Assembly: GCF_042660085.1 (NCBI RefSeq)
Contig: NZ_JBHSTI010000002.1
Span: 510,001-542,000, forward strand
DNA from: Longivirga aurantiaca
Lineage (GTDB): Bacteria; Actinomycetota; Actinomycetes; S36-B12; CAIYMF01
Direction of reading: 5' to 3'
DNA length: 32,000 nucleotides
This document shows, one piece after another, positions 9,376 through 19,484 of the stretch (position 1 is its first letter; each line of letters starts with the position of its first letter). Made by a program: the position numbers and the translations under genes. A model generated the notes under the pieces. That model was given only the letters and a program-made list of their open reading frames with translations. It had not been told where the DNA came from and searched no databases.

Positions 9376-10365
9376 TCAGCCGCGGGAGCGGCCGCGCGCT
9401 GTCTTCGCGGGCGCGGGCGGCGGAGCCTGCGCGCTGCGGCCGGTCGAGCTCGCGATCGACGTCGCCCCGGCCGCCACGGTGTGGCCCTCGTGGTCGAGGT
9501 GGGCGAGCGTCGTGCAGATCTCGTGCACCACGCGGCCGTCGACGGGCAGCGACATGTGCCCGACGCCGCGGACGAAGACGTTCCGAGCCGACAGGTCGGG
9601 GTGCACCACCCGGCCGGAGCGCTGCGGCACGACCATCTGGTCGAGGTCGCTCCAGACCGCGACGAAGCGGGTGCGGCACCCGGGCGCCGGCTCGGCCAGC
9701 TCGGTGACGACGTCGCTGCCGGGGCGCAGCTGGCGCACGAGCGGGTGCGGCAGGACGTACGCCGGCAGCGTGCCCGAGTGCGGGCTGCCGAGGGTCACCA
9801 ACGTGTGCACGCGGGCATCGCCGCCGAGGCGCTGCACGTAGTAGCGGGCGACCAGGCCGCCGAGCGAGTGGCCGACCACGTGCACGCGCTCGTACCCGGT
9901 CTCCTCGCAGACCTGCTCGACGAGCTCGCCCAGCCGGTCGGCGAGCAGGCGCACGTCGCCGTTGATCGAGGAGTAGTTGACCGTCACGACCCGGCCGAAG
10001 CCGCGGCGACGGAGCCCCCGCCGCAGCAGCGTGAAGACGGACCTGTTGTCGACGATCCCGTGCACCAGGATGATCGGCGTCCCCGCGGCCTCGACGTCGC
10101 CGACGAGCAGCGCCCGGTGGACCGGGGGCGCGTCGTGCACGCGGGTGCGGTGCAGCACGTCGTCGGTGCGCTGGTCGCGGTGCGCGAACGGCCACATCGC
10201 GAGGTGCGCCACCCACCAGGCCGCCTCGACCGTGACGCCCCGGACGCCGGCGGGCGACATCAGCGCGCGCCTCGCCGAGTCCGCCGTGCGGCGCGCGTCG
10301 TCGACGGCTCGAGCAGCGCGCTCGAGCCGGGACGGTGCGGCGTCCTCGGGCCGGTCGGTGGGCAC
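9376..10365 (-). CDS. Alpha/beta hydrolase (lipase/esterase-like)
   Basis: [45 protein letters not shown] nucleophile elbow, [14 protein letters not shown] catalytic His region. Confidence 0.88.
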   Translation of the reverse strand: MPTDRPEDAAPSRLERAARAVDDARRTADSARRALMSPAGVRGVTVEAAWWVAHLAMWPFAHRDQRTDDVLHRTRVHDAPPVHRALLVGDVEAAGTPIILVHGIVDNRSVFTLLRRGLRRRGFGRVVTVNYSSINGDVRLLADRLGELVEQVCEETGYERVHVVGHSLGGLVARYYVQRLGGDARVHTLVTLGSPHSGTLPAYVLPHPLVRQLRPGSDVVTELAEPAPGCRTRFVAVWSDLDQMVVPQRSGRVVHPDLSARNVFVRGVGHMSLPVDGRVVHEICTTLAHLDHEGHTVAAGATSIASSTGRSAQAPPPAPAKTARGRSRG

Positions 10366-10490
10366 GGACGGAGGGTAGACCCTGGACGGCCGCGCGTCGC
10401 TGTTACCGCCGTCGCGACACGTCCCGGCGCGTGGAGGTACACGCGGGCGTACGCTCGAAGGCGTCCGAGCGTGCCCCGAGGAGGACCGCC

Positions 10491-10925
10491 ATGAGCACGA
10501 CCACCAGCGCCCCGCGCACCGCGTCCGGGTCCCCGATCCGCGTGATCGTGGCCAAGCCCGGCCTCGACGGTCACGACCGCGGCGCCAAGGTGGTCGCCCG
10601 TGCCCTGCGCGACGCCGGCATCGAGGTCGTCTACACCGGCCTCCACCAGACGCCCGACCAGATCGTCGAGACCGCGATCCAGGAGGACGCCGACGTCATC
10701 GGCCTGTCGGTGCTCTCCGGCGCGCACATGACGCTGTTCGCCGCGGTCCTGGAGAAGCTGGCCGAGCGCGACGCCGGCGACATCGTGGTCTTCGGCGGCG
10801 GGATCATCCCCGAGGGCGACATCCCCGACCTCGAGAAGCTCGGCGTGGCCAAGATCTTCACCCCCGGCGCCACCACCCAGTCGATCGTCGACTGGGTCGT
10901 GGACCGCGTCGGCGCCCACGCCTGA
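10491..10925 (+). CDS. Stand-alone cobalamin-binding domain protein (methylmalonyl-CoA mutase C-terminal domain-like)
   Basis: [41 protein letters not shown] (DxHxxG), [38 protein letters not shown]; ATG preceded by GAGGAGG. Confidence 0.93.
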   Translation: MSTTTSAPRTASGSPIRVIVAKPGLDGHDRGAKVVARALRDAGIEVVYTGLHQTPDQIVETAIQEDADVIGLSVLSGAHMTLFAAVLEKLAERDAGDIVVFGGGIIPEGDIPDLEKLGVAKIFTPGATTQSIVDWVVDRVGAHA

Positions 10926-10939
10926 ACGCCGGGTACCCG

Positions 10940-11491
10940 GTGCAGCGACTGACCGCACCGCTCCGGGTCGACCTGCCCTGGTGGCGGCCGGAGGGCGAGG
11001 CATCGCTCCGGCTTCCTGTCGCACCCGTGGCGCGCACTGCACGAGTGCTCACCGGCGTCGTCCCGACGGTGCTGGCGGTGGTCGGCCTCACGCTGGCGCT
11101 CGGGTCCGCCGTGCTGGCCGAGCGCGGACCGACCGAGGCGGTCGGCACCCTCGGGGTCGAGCTCGGTGCGGCCATGTGGTTCGGCGGTGCGGTGACCCTC
11201 GGTGCTCGTCGCGGTGCCACGGTCGGCCGGGCGCTGGCCCTGCTGGGGCTCGCGACGACCGGTGCGGTCCTGATCGCCCTGGCGCTGGTCCTCGGCTGGA
11301 CCGGTGCCGCGCTCTCCCTGGCCATGGAGTTCGGCGTCGGCGCGGTCGCGGTGGCCGTGATCGACGTGCTGCTCCTCGGTCTGGTCCAGAGCCGGCTGGA
11401 GCGCCTCGGTGACCTCCCGGACGATGCCGTGACGGTGACCGTGAGCGGCTCCTGGCCGCTCCTGGCGATGCGCCACGACGAACGCACCTGA
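10940..11491 (+). CDS. Hypothetical membrane protein (about four predicted TM segments)
   Basis: Open frame with hydrophobic stretches; GTG start immediately after the B12-binding gene. Confidence 0.55.
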   Translation: MQRLTAPLRVDLPWWRPEGEASLRLPVAPVARTARVLTGVVPTVLAVVGLTLALGSAVLAERGPTEAVGTLGVELGAAMWFGGAVTLGARRGATVGRALALLGLATTGAVLIALALVLGWTGAALSLAMEFGVGAVAVAVIDVLLLGLVQSRLERLGDLPDDAVTVTVSGSWPLLAMRHDERT

Positions 11492-11645
11492 CCGTTCGGC
11501 GCAGGTTCTTCCCACCCTGCGGAACCGGCCCGGGGCGGCAGTGGGTCCCGGTACATGCCGGGGTTAGGCTCGCGACCGTCCTCGCGGACGCCGCCCGGAC
11601 CTGCTCCGGTGCGCCCGCCCCTCTCTCCAGTCAGGACTGCCAGCG

Positions 11646-12824
11646 GTGGATCTGTACGAGTTCCAGGCGAAGGAGCTCTTCGCCAAGCACGGGGTTCCGA
11701 CCCAGGCCGGTGAGGTCGTCCGGTCGCCGAAGCACGCGCAGGAGGCCGCCGAGCGCATCGGTGGCCTCGTCGTCGTCAAGGCGCAGGTGAAGACCGGCGG
11801 TCGCGGCAAGGCCGGCGGTGTGAAGCTGGCGGCGACGCCGCAGGAGGCGCACGACCGCGCCCAGGACATCCTGGGCCTGGACATCAAGGGCCACATCGTC
11901 CACCAGGTGCTCATCAACCCGGCCGCGGACATCGCGGAGGAGTACTACGTCTCCTTCCTGCTCGACCGCGCGCACCGCACCTTCCTCGCGATGGCGAGCA
12001 AGGAGGGCGGGATGGAGATCGAGCAGCTCGCGGTCGAGCGCCCGGAGGCGCTGGCGAAGGTGGCGATCGACGCGATCGTCGGCGTCGACCAGGCCAAGGC
12101 CGAGGAGATCGCGGACGCCGCAGGCTTCGACGCCTCGGTGCGCGACCAGGTGGTGGAGATCCTGAAGAAGCTGTGGGACGTCTTCATCAAGGAGGACGCC
12201 ACGCTCGTCGAGGTCAACCCGCTGGTGAAGACCCCCGAGGGCCTCGTCGTCGCACTTGACGGCAAGGTGTCGCTGGACGAGAACGCCGAGTTCCGCCACC
12301 CCGACTTCGAGTCGCTCGTCGACGACACCGCCACCGACCCGCTCGAGCTCAAGGCCCGCGAGAAGGACCTCAACTACGTCAAGCTCTCGGGCTCGGTCGG
12401 CGTGATCGGCAACGGCGCGGGCCTGGTCATGTCGACGCTCGACGTCGTCGCCTACGCGGGCGAGGAGTTCGGGGGCCAGAAGCCCGCGAACTTCCTGGAC
12501 ATCGGTGGCGGCGCCTCGGCGCAGGTGATGGCCGACGGCCTCGAGATCATCCTGGGCGACGCCGAGGTCAAGGCGGTGTTCGTCAACGTGTTCGGCGGCA
12601 TCACCGCGTGCGACGCCGTCGCCAACGGCATCGTGCAGGCCGTGCAGATGCTCGCCGACAAGGGCGAGCCCGTCACGAAGCCCCTGGTCGTCCGCCTGGA
12701 CGGCAACAACGCCGACCTCGGCCGGCAGATCCTCACCGACGCGGGCAACCCGCTCGTGCAGCTCGTGGACACCATGGACGACGCCGCGCGCCGCGTGGCC
12801 CAGCTCGCGGCTCAGGGGGCCTGA
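11646..12824 (+). CDS. sucC: Succinate-CoA ligase, ADP-forming, beta subunit
   Basis: (V/M)[16 protein letters not shown]..., [54 protein letters not shown]; GTG start. Confidence 0.97.
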   Translation: MDLYEFQAKELFAKHGVPTQAGEVVRSPKHAQEAAERIGGLVVVKAQVKTGGRGKAGGVKLAATPQEAHDRAQDILGLDIKGHIVHQVLINPAADIAEEYYVSFLLDRAHRTFLAMASKEGGMEIEQLAVERPEALAKVAIDAIVGVDQAKAEEIADAAGFDASVRDQVVEILKKLWDVFIKEDATLVEVNPLVKTPEGLVVALDGKVSLDENAEFRHPDFESLVDDTATDPLELKAREKDLNYVKLSGSVGVIGNGAGLVMSTLDVVAYAGEEFGGQKPANFLDIGGGASAQVMADGLEIILGDAEVKAVFVNVFGGITACDAVANGIVQAVQMLADKGEPVTKPLVVRLDGNNADLGRQILTDAGNPLVQLVDTMDDAARRVAQLAAQGA

Positions 12825-12829
12825 CACTC

Positions 12830-13714
12830 ATGGCGATCTTCCTCACCGAGAACTCCAAGATCCTCGTCCAGGGCATCACCGGCTCCGAGGGCACCAAGCA
12901 CACGATCCGCATGCTCGGATCGCACGCCAACATCGTCGCGGGCGTCACCCCCGGCAAGGGTGGCCAGACCGTCACGGCCGAGGGCCGCGACATCCCGGTC
13001 TTCAACTCCTGCCAGGAGGCTGTGGCCGCCACCGGCGCCGACGTGTCGGTGGTGTTCGTGCCGCCGAAGTTCGCCAAGGCCGCCGTGGTCGAGGCGATCG
13101 ACGCCGCGATCCCGCTGGTCGTGGTGATCACCGAGGGCATCGCGATCCACGACACCGCGTGGTTCTACCAGTACGCCGTCAACTCGGGCACCACGCGGAT
13201 CATCGGGCCGAACTGCCCCGGTCTGATCAGCCCCGGGAAGTCCAACGCGGGCATCATCCCGGGCACGATCGCCAAGGCCGGCCGCATCGGTCTGGTGTCC
13301 AAGTCGGGCACCCTGACCTACCAGATGATGTACGAGCTGCGGGACCTCGGCTTCTCCTCGGCCGTGGGCATCGGCGGCGACCCTGTCATCGGCACCACGC
13401 ACATCGACGCGCTCGCCGCGTTCGAGGCCGACCCCGAGACCGACGCGATCGTGATGATCGGCGAGATCGGCGGCGACGCAGAGGAGCGCGCGGCGGCGTA
13501 CATCAAGGACAACGTCACCAAGCCCGTCGTCGGCTACGTCGCGGGCTTCACCGCCCCCGAGGGCAAGACCATGGGCCACGCTGGCGCGATCGTGTCCGGC
13601 TCGTCCGGCACCGCGCAGGCCAAGAAGGAGGCGCTCGAGGCCGTGGGTGTGAAGGTCGGCAAGACGCCGTCCGAGACCGCACGCCTCATGCGCGAGCTCA
13701 TCGAGGCGCTCTAG
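12830..13714 (+). CDS. sucD: Succinate-CoA ligase, alpha subunit
   Basis: [90 protein letters not shown]; ATG 12830, 5 nt after the sucC stop. Confidence 0.97.
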   Translation: MAIFLTENSKILVQGITGSEGTKHTIRMLGSHANIVAGVTPGKGGQTVTAEGRDIPVFNSCQEAVAATGADVSVVFVPPKFAKAAVVEAIDAAIPLVVVITEGIAIHDTAWFYQYAVNSGTTRIIGPNCPGLISPGKSNAGIIPGTIAKAGRIGLVSKSGTLTYQMMYELRDLGFSSAVGIGGDPVIGTTHIDALAAFEADPETDAIVMIGEIGGDAEERAAAYIKDNVTKPVVGYVAGFTAPEGKTMGHAGAIVSGSSGTAQAKKEALEAVGVKVGKTPSETARLMRELIEAL

Positions 13715-13726
13715 CACCAGCACGTT

Positions 13727-13762
13727 CGACGAAGGGCCGTCCGCCAGGGCGGCCCTTCGTCG
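13727..13762. terminator. Strong hairpin downstream of sucCD
   Basis: CGACGAAGGGCCG / CGGCCCTTCGTCG, 13 bp perfect, extendable by T-G, C-G, C-G with a GCCA loop. No T-tract. Confidence 0.75.
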
Positions 13763-13795
13763 CGTCCTGGCGCAGGTCGGTGGCACAGTGGCGGG

Positions 13796-14722
13796 ATGCG
13801 CCGACTCGCCGCCGTGCTCGCCACCGCCGCCCTGATCCCGCTGGCCGCGGTCGGCACCGCGCAGGCGACGCCGACACCCGCAGCGCGCGCCGCCGCCCCC
13901 GCCGTCGTTCCTGCGCTCGGCCCGACGCCGTCGACCTGGGAGGGCGGGCGCCCCGTCCCCGTCGCGCCGCGCTGGTGGCCGCAGGGCACGAGCAAGCCGT
14001 CAGCCGCCTGGGCCTCGGGGTGGCCGAAACCCGTCGCGTTCGCGCCGACCGCGAAAGGCGAGCTGAGCGGCCGGAAGATCGCGCTCGATCCCGGGCACGA
14101 CCTCGGCAACTCCCTGCACCTCTCGGCCATCAACCAGACCTCCTGGGTCGGCCTCACCAAGACCTGCAACACCTCCGGCACCGCCACCAACGCGGGCTAT
14201 CCGGAGGCGTCGTACGCCTTCGACGTCGTCGCGCGGCTGCGTCGGCTCCTCGCCGCGCACGGCGCCACGGTCTACATCACGCGCGACCGGAACACGACCG
14301 CGACGTACGGCCCCTGCGTGGGTGCTCGCGGCTCGTTCGCCGCCCAGGAGGGCGCCGACCTCATGGTGTCGGTGCACGGGGACGGCGCACCGAGCTCGGG
14401 CCGCGGCTTCCACGTGATCGCACCGGCGTACTACAAGGGCTACACCGACGACATCTCCACGGAGTCACGAACTCTCGCATGGAACATGATCTCGGGCCTG
14501 ACGGCCGGGGGGCTGCAGCGGACGACGTACCTGCCGAGCCCGCTGTCGGTGCGCAAGGACGTCGGCACCCTCAACATGTCCGACGTGCCGACCGTGATGG
14601 TCGAGACGCTCAACATGCGCAATGCGGCCGACGCGCGGATCGCCTCGACGGCAGCGGGTCGGCAGCGGATGGCGACCGGCCTGTACTACGGCATCGTGAA
14701 GTACCTGCGCACCGCGCCCTGA
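13796..14722 (+). CDS. Secreted N-acetylmuramoyl-L-alanine amidase (Amidase_3-like)
   Basis: Signal peptide; GRKIALDPGHDLGNS, YAFDVVARLRRLLAAHGATVYITRDR, ADLMVSVHGDGA, VPTVMVETLNMRNAADA. Confidence 0.9.
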   Translation: MRRLAAVLATAALIPLAAVGTAQATPTPAARAAAPAVVPALGPTPSTWEGGRPVPVAPRWWPQGTSKPSAAWASGWPKPVAFAPTAKGELSGRKIALDPGHDLGNSLHLSAINQTSWVGLTKTCNTSGTATNAGYPEASYAFDVVARLRRLLAAHGATVYITRDRNTTATYGPCVGARGSFAAQEGADLMVSVHGDGAPSSGRGFHVIAPAYYKGYTDDISTESRTLAWNMISGLTAGGLQRTTYLPSPLSVRKDVGTLNMSDVPTVMVETLNMRNAADARIASTAAGRQRMATGLYYGIVKYLRTAP

Positions 14723-14741
14723 CACCCGTCACGTGCAATCT

Positions 14742-14759
14742 GTACATGAATGCTGAACA
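14742..14759. promoter_or_regulatory. Shared upstream motif copy A: GTACATGAATGCTGAACA
   Basis: 15/18 identical to 15723-15740 (GTACANNAANGCTGAACA), 29 nt upstream of GTG 14789. Confidence 0.5.
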
Positions 14760-14788
14760 CTGGCGCTCTGTCGACGGTGGAGGTTCAC

Positions 14789-15673
14789 GTGGCTGAGGTA
14801 GCAGTCCTCGGAATGGGTCGGATGGGCGCCGCCATGGCCCGACGCGTGGCCGACGCCGGCCACCAGGTGCGGGTCTGGAACAGGACGCCGGCTGCGGCCG
14901 ACGCGGTCGCGACAGCCGACCCGTCGGGACGTACCACGGCGTGCTCGGACGTCGTGGCGGCCATTGCGGGCGCGGGAGCCGTCCTCACCATGCTGGCGAA
15001 CGGTGACGTCACGTGCGACGTCCTGCTGTCCCCGGACGTCGCGTCGGCGATCGGCCGGGACGCCGTCGTGGTGGACCTCGGCACCAGCGGCGTCGAGGCC
15101 TCGGCGCGCCTGGCCGCCGGACTGGGCGACGCCGGGCTGCGGTACGTCGACGCGCCGGTGTCGGGGAGTGTGCCCGCCGTCGAGGCGGGGACGCTCCTGG
15201 TGATGGCCAGCGGTGCCGCCGCCGACGTGGACCAGGCCCGAGAAGTGTTGTCCTCGTTCGCCTCCACGGTGCTGCACGTCGGACCGGCGGGACGCGGCCA
15301 GGTCATGAAGCTCGCCGTGAACCTCGTGGTCCACGACCTCAACGCCGCCCTCTCGGAGTCGTTGGCGCTGGCTGCGGCCGCCGGGGTTCGCCCGGAGGAC
15401 GCCTACGACGTGCTCCAGCACTCCGTCGTGGGAGCGCCGTTCGTGCAGTACAAGCGCGCCGCGTTCCTGGACCCTGCGACCCCGGTCGCCATGAGCCTCG
15501 ACCTCGTCGCCAAGGACCTCGGGCTGATCCTGGAGCTGGGCGCCACGTCAGGAGTCCCGCTCGGCACGACGCTCGCGGCCTACGAGCAGGTCCAGGCGGC
15601 CGTTGCCTCAGGCAGGGGAGCCGAGGACATGGCAGGACTGGCGCGGTTCCTGCGGGAGCAGTCCTCGGGCTGA
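14789..15673 (+). CDS. NAD(P)-dependent oxidoreductase, 3-hydroxyisobutyrate dehydrogenase-like
   Basis: EVAVLGMGRMGAAMARRVADAGHQVRVWNRTP Rossmann, DAPVSGSVPAVEAGTLLVMASG, GQVMKLAVNLVV. GTG 14789 has GGAGG upstream; the ORF-track ATG 14750 falls in the conserved motif. Confidence 0.9.
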   Translation: MAEVAVLGMGRMGAAMARRVADAGHQVRVWNRTPAAADAVATADPSGRTTACSDVVAAIAGAGAVLTMLANGDVTCDVLLSPDVASAIGRDAVVVDLGTSGVEASARLAAGLGDAGLRYVDAPVSGSVPAVEAGTLLVMASGAAADVDQAREVLSSFASTVLHVGPAGRGQVMKLAVNLVVHDLNAALSESLALAAAAGVRPEDAYDVLQHSVVGAPFVQYKRAAFLDPATPVAMSLDLVAKDLGLILELGATSGVPLGTTLAAYEQVQAAVASGRGAEDMAGLARFLREQSSG

Positions 15674-15722
15674 CGAGATCGCTCCGGTGCGACACGACCC
15701 TGGTGCAGGGACGGCCACGTAC

Positions 15723-15740
15723 GTACAGTAACGCTGAACA
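15723..15740. promoter_or_regulatory. Shared upstream motif copy B: GTACAGTAACGCTGAACA
   Basis: See 14742-14759; 36 nt upstream of ATG 15777. An extra CGCTGAAC copy lies at 15744-15751. Confidence 0.5.
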
Positions 15741-15776
15741 TCCCGCTGAACGACTCACGCGATCCTGGGAGCAGCC

Positions 15777-17120
15777 ATGGTGTCCCCCACGTACGGCACG
15801 AACCAGGTCGACTGGGAGTCCCGGCTGGACATGGGCCGGCTCCGCACGGAGCGCCTGGCGCGGCTCAAGGCCGAGCTGGAGGCATCGAGCCTCGGTGCGG
15901 TGCTGACGTTCGACTTCCACAACATCCGGTACATGACCGCGACCCACATCGGGACATGGGCGATGGACAAGATGATCCGGTTCGCGATCCTGCCGCGTGG
16001 CGGGGACCCGGTGCTGTGGGACTTCGGATCGGCGGCCAAGCACCACACGCTGCAGGCGACGTGGTTGGACGAGCCGCACGCGGCCGCCGGCCGGGGCGAC
16101 AACTACGGCAGCCGGGCGGGGATCTCCACGTTGCGCGGGGCGATCGGTCCGGGCGCGCACCGGGCCGAGGACGTGGCGGCGAAGATCGTGGAGGTGCTGC
16201 GCGACTTCGGGCTCGAGGGCCAGCCGGTCGGCGTCGACGTGATCGAGCCCGACGTGCTGTTCGCGCTGCAGGCGGCGGGCGTGCCTGTGGTCGACGGGCA
16301 GCAGGTGTTCCTCGCCGCGCGCCGGATCAAGACCAAGGACGAGATCGGCCTGCTGACCCAGGCCGCGTCGATGGTCGACACGGCGTACGAGAACCTCTAC
16401 GAGTTCCTGCGCCCCGGCGTGCGCGAGAACGAGTGCGTGGGCCTGGTGGCCAAGACGCTGTACGACCTCGGGTCCGAGCACGTCGAGGGCGTCAACGCGA
16501 TCTCGGGCGAGCGGTGCAGCCCGCACCCGCACGTCTACTCGGACCGTCTCATCCGTCCGGGCGACCCGGCGTTCTTCGACATCCTGCACTCGTTCATGGG
16601 CTACCGGACCTGCTACTACCGCACGTTCGCAGTCGGCAGCGCGTCCCGTGCGCAGCGCGACGCATACACGATCTGCCGTGAGCTGATGGACAAGGCGATC
16701 GCCGCGGTGAAGCCGGGGGTCACCACCGCCGACATCGTGTCGCTGTGGCCGAGGGCCGAGGAGTTCGGGTTCGCCAACGAGGAGGCCGCGTTCGCGCTGC
16801 AGTACGGCCACGGCCTCGGCCTGTCGATCTGGGAGCGTCCGATCTTCTCGCGCATGACCTCGTTCGACGCGCCCGAGACTCTCGAGGAGGGCATGGTCTT
16901 CGCCCTGGAGACGTACTGGCCCGCGGCCGACGGCTGGGGCGCGGCGCGCATCGAGGAGGAGGTCGTGGTCACGGCGACCGGGTGCGAGGTCATCACCAAG
17001 TTCCCCGCCGAGGAGCTGCTCATCGCGGGTAGGCGCTACTACACCACCGGCGGCTACCTGCCGACGCTCCGCGACTCCCAGTCGCACCTCAACACCACCG
17101 CGGGCCGCGGGGAGCAGTAG
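15777..17120 (+). CDS. M24-fold (creatinase / Xaa-Pro peptidase-like) protein with altered metal-ligand motifs
   Basis: N-terminal creatinase-like domain (HNIRYMTATHIGTWAMDK), pita-bread domain segments FFDILHSFMGYRTCYYRTF, YGHGLGLSIWERP, LEEGMVFALETYWP, ARIEEEVVVT. Confidence 0.85.
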   Translation: MVSPTYGTNQVDWESRLDMGRLRTERLARLKAELEASSLGAVLTFDFHNIRYMTATHIGTWAMDKMIRFAILPRGGDPVLWDFGSAAKHHTLQATWLDEPHAAAGRGDNYGSRAGISTLRGAIGPGAHRAEDVAAKIVEVLRDFGLEGQPVGVDVIEPDVLFALQAAGVPVVDGQQVFLAARRIKTKDEIGLLTQAASMVDTAYENLYEFLRPGVRENECVGLVAKTLYDLGSEHVEGVNAISGERCSPHPHVYSDRLIRPGDPAFFDILHSFMGYRTCYYRTFAVGSASRAQRDAYTICRELMDKAIAAVKPGVTTADIVSLWPRAEEFGFANEEAAFALQYGHGLGLSIWERPIFSRMTSFDAPETLEEGMVFALETYWPAADGWGAARIEEEVVVTATGCEVITKFPAEELLIAGRRYYTTGGYLPTLRDSQSHLNTTAGRGEQ

Positions 17121-17148
17121 CGTCCAGCCTCCCGGAGGAGGGACGTCG

Positions 17149-18162
17149 ATGACCCACGAGCCGCTGGAGGCCCGCGCACGCGCGGTGCTGCCCGACGACG
17201 TCTACCGCTACTTCGCCGCGGGCTCGGGGCAGGAGCGCACCCTCGCCGACCAGGAACGCGCGTGGGACGCGCTGCACCTGCGCCCCCGGCTGCTGCGGGA
17301 CGTGTCGTCGGTGACCACGCGCACCACTGTCCTCGGCACCGAGGTCGCGACGCCCGTGCTCGTCGCGCCGTCAGCCCTGCACGGCCTCGCCCACCCCGAC
17401 GGCGAGGTGGCGACGGCGACCGGCACGCGCGAGGCGGGGTCCCTCCTCGTGCTCTCGATGCGCGCGAGCCGCACCCTCGAGGACGTCGCTGCCGCCGCCG
17501 GGCCGTGGTGGCAGCAGATGTACGTGCTCGGCGACCGCGGCGTGTCCGACGAGGTCGCGCGCCGCGCAGCTGCGGCCGGTGCGCGCGCCCTCGTCGTCAC
17601 GGTCGACGTGCCGTTCGTCGCGCGCAGGCCGAGCGGCCCGCTGCCCGCGCTCCCGCCATCGGCCATCGTCGAGGCGCTCGCGGGCCGCGACCCCGCCGAT
17701 CCGCGCTACCAGCAGGCACCCGACCTCGGTCCTGCCGACATCGCACGGCTCAAGGAGCTCACGGGCCTTCCCGTCGTCGCCAAGGGAGTGCTGCGCGGCG
17801 ATGAGGCGGTGCGCTGCCTCGATGCCGGGGCCGACGCCGTGATCGTCTCGACCCACGGCGGTCGCCAGCTCGACGGCGTCGTCCCGTCGCCGGTCGCGCT
17901 GCCCGAGGTGGTCGCGGCCGTCGGCGACCGAGCGGAGGTCTACGTCGACGGCGGCATCCGGACGGGCACGCACGTCCTGCGCGCCCTCGCCCTCGGCGCC
18001 CGCGCCGTGCTCGTCGGACGGCCGGTGCTGTGGGGGCTCGCCCTCGGTGGCGCCGACGGCGTGCGGGAGGTGCTCGACGACCTCACCGCCAGCACGCGGG
18101 ACGCGTTCGGCCTGGCCGGCTGCACCTCGCCCGCCGACGCCGGCCGCGACCTGGTCCGCTGA
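17149..18162 (+). CDS. FMN-dependent alpha-hydroxy-acid oxidizing protein (lactate/glycolate oxidase-like)
   Basis: VAPSALHGLAHPDGEVATA, GLPVVAKGVLRGDEA, DAVIVSTHGGRQLDGVVPS, VYVDGGIRTGTHVLRALALGARAVLVGRPVLWGL; SD GGAGGAG before ATG. Confidence 0.93.
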   Translation: MTHEPLEARARAVLPDDVYRYFAAGSGQERTLADQERAWDALHLRPRLLRDVSSVTTRTTVLGTEVATPVLVAPSALHGLAHPDGEVATATGTREAGSLLVLSMRASRTLEDVAAAAGPWWQQMYVLGDRGVSDEVARRAAAAGARALVVTVDVPFVARRPSGPLPALPPSAIVEALAGRDPADPRYQQAPDLGPADIARLKELTGLPVVAKGVLRGDEAVRCLDAGADAVIVSTHGGRQLDGVVPSPVALPEVVAAVGDRAEVYVDGGIRTGTHVLRALALGARAVLVGRPVLWGLALGGADGVREVLDDLTASTRDAFGLAGCTSPADAGRDLVR

Positions 18163-18220
18163 CCGGAGGCAGCCGTGTCGCAGCGGGGGTGACCCGCGCG
18201 TCGATGCGAGCATCGACGCC

Positions 18221-19441
18221 ATGACGTCGATGCTCGAGCGCCCCGCCACGGAGCAGGCCTCCGCGACGCGCAGACCGCTGCGCACCCGGGCCGACGTCGT
18301 CGCGACGCGTCCGGTCGCGGCCGTCACCGCCGCGATCTGGGCGGCCGGGGTCGGGCTCCTCGTGCTCGGAGTGGTCGTGGCCCTCGCCTGGGCGGTCTCG
18401 AGCCGCGGCGAGGACGGCATCACCACGCCGCTGCGCGCGGCCAGCACCCTGTGGCTGGTAGCGCACCACGCCCCGGTGGTGACGGGCACCGCCACGATCA
18501 CGCTGCTCCCGCTCCTGCTCCTCGCGCTCCCGCTCCTGCTCCTCGCCCGGGCCGGCCGGTGGGCGGCGCGCATCACCTCGACCACGACCGTGCCCGACGT
18601 CGCGCTGATCGTTCTCACGGGCACGGCGACCTACGTGTCCGTGGCCTTCCTCGTCTCGCAGGTGGCGGGGATCGCCGACGCGTCGTCCCCACCCGTCCCG
18701 GTGATCGTCTGGTCGACGGTCGTCGCCCTCGTCGGTCTCGGGATCGGGGCTCTGCAGGGCAGCGGTCTCGTGACGCCTCTCGCCGCCCGGCTCCCGCTGC
18801 TCGTGCGTCGTGGTGCGCTCGCGGCGGCTGCGTCCGGTGCGGCGCTCGTGGCGCTCGTCGGCGTCGTGGCCGTGGTGGCCGTGGCACTCCGCTGGTCGAC
18901 CGTCACCGGGCTCGCCCGCGGGGTGGCGCCCGGGCCGTGGGACATGCTCGGGCTGTTCCTCCTCTCGCTCGCCTACCTGCCGAACCTCCTGGTCTGGACC
19001 CTCGCCTACGTCGCGGGCCCCGGCTTCGCGGTCGGTGCGTCGGTGGTCGTGAGCCCCTTCTCGGCCGGGTCGGGGATCCTCCCCGGCGCACCCCTGCTCG
19101 GGGCGATCCCGCCGGAGGCGCCTGCGGCCGCGCCGCTCCTGATGCTGCTGCCCGTGCTCGCCGGGCTGGTCGGTGCCGCCGTCCTGCGGCGTCGCGGCAC
19201 CCTCGCGCTCCGCGACGAGGTCGTCGTCGACGTCGGGGCCGCGGCAGCCGTGGGTGCTGCGACCGGCGTGCTGTGCCTCCTCGCCTCCGGCTCGCTGGGG
19301 TCGGCCCGGCTCGCCGACCTCGGCCCGGACGCCCTCGTCACCGGGCTCGCGGTCTTCGGGCTGGTCGCCGCCGGCGCCCTCCTCTGGTCGCTCCTGGCGC
19401 ACGCGCTGCCCACGATCTGGGTCCGCGAGGACGCCCCGTAG
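18221..19441 (+). CDS. Multi-pass membrane protein, DUF6350-like (common upstream of purN in actinobacteria)
   Basis: Many hydrophobic segments; position directly upstream of purNH; ATG 18221 chosen over the ORF-track start 18047. Confidence 0.75.
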   Translation: MTSMLERPATEQASATRRPLRTRADVVATRPVAAVTAAIWAAGVGLLVLGVVVALAWAVSSRGEDGITTPLRAASTLWLVAHHAPVVTGTATITLLPLLLLALPLLLLARAGRWAARITSTTTVPDVALIVLTGTATYVSVAFLVSQVAGIADASSPPVPVIVWSTVVALVGLGIGALQGSGLVTPLAARLPLLVRRGALAAAASGAALVALVGVVAVVAVALRWSTVTGLARGVAPGPWDMLGLFLLSLAYLPNLLVWTLAYVAGPGFAVGASVVVSPFSAGSGILPGAPLLGAIPPEAPAAAPLLMLLPVLAGLVGAAVLRRRGTLALRDEVVVDVGAAAAVGAATGVLCLLASGSLGSARLADLGPDALVTGLAVFGLVAAGALLWSLLAHALPTIWVREDAP

Positions 19442-19484
19442 GATCAGGGCATCCCGCCGGCCCCATCCCGAGGATCTCTGCGCC

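Noticed and set aside
10931-10936. GGGTAC sequence as a SigB-type -10 element
   Set aside because: Only 3 nt before the GTG 10940 start and no upstream GTTT-like box; GGGTACCC is probably coincidental.
13159-14796. 545-aa plus-strand ORF across sucD and the amidase gene
   Set aside because: Wrong frame relative to two well-supported genes.
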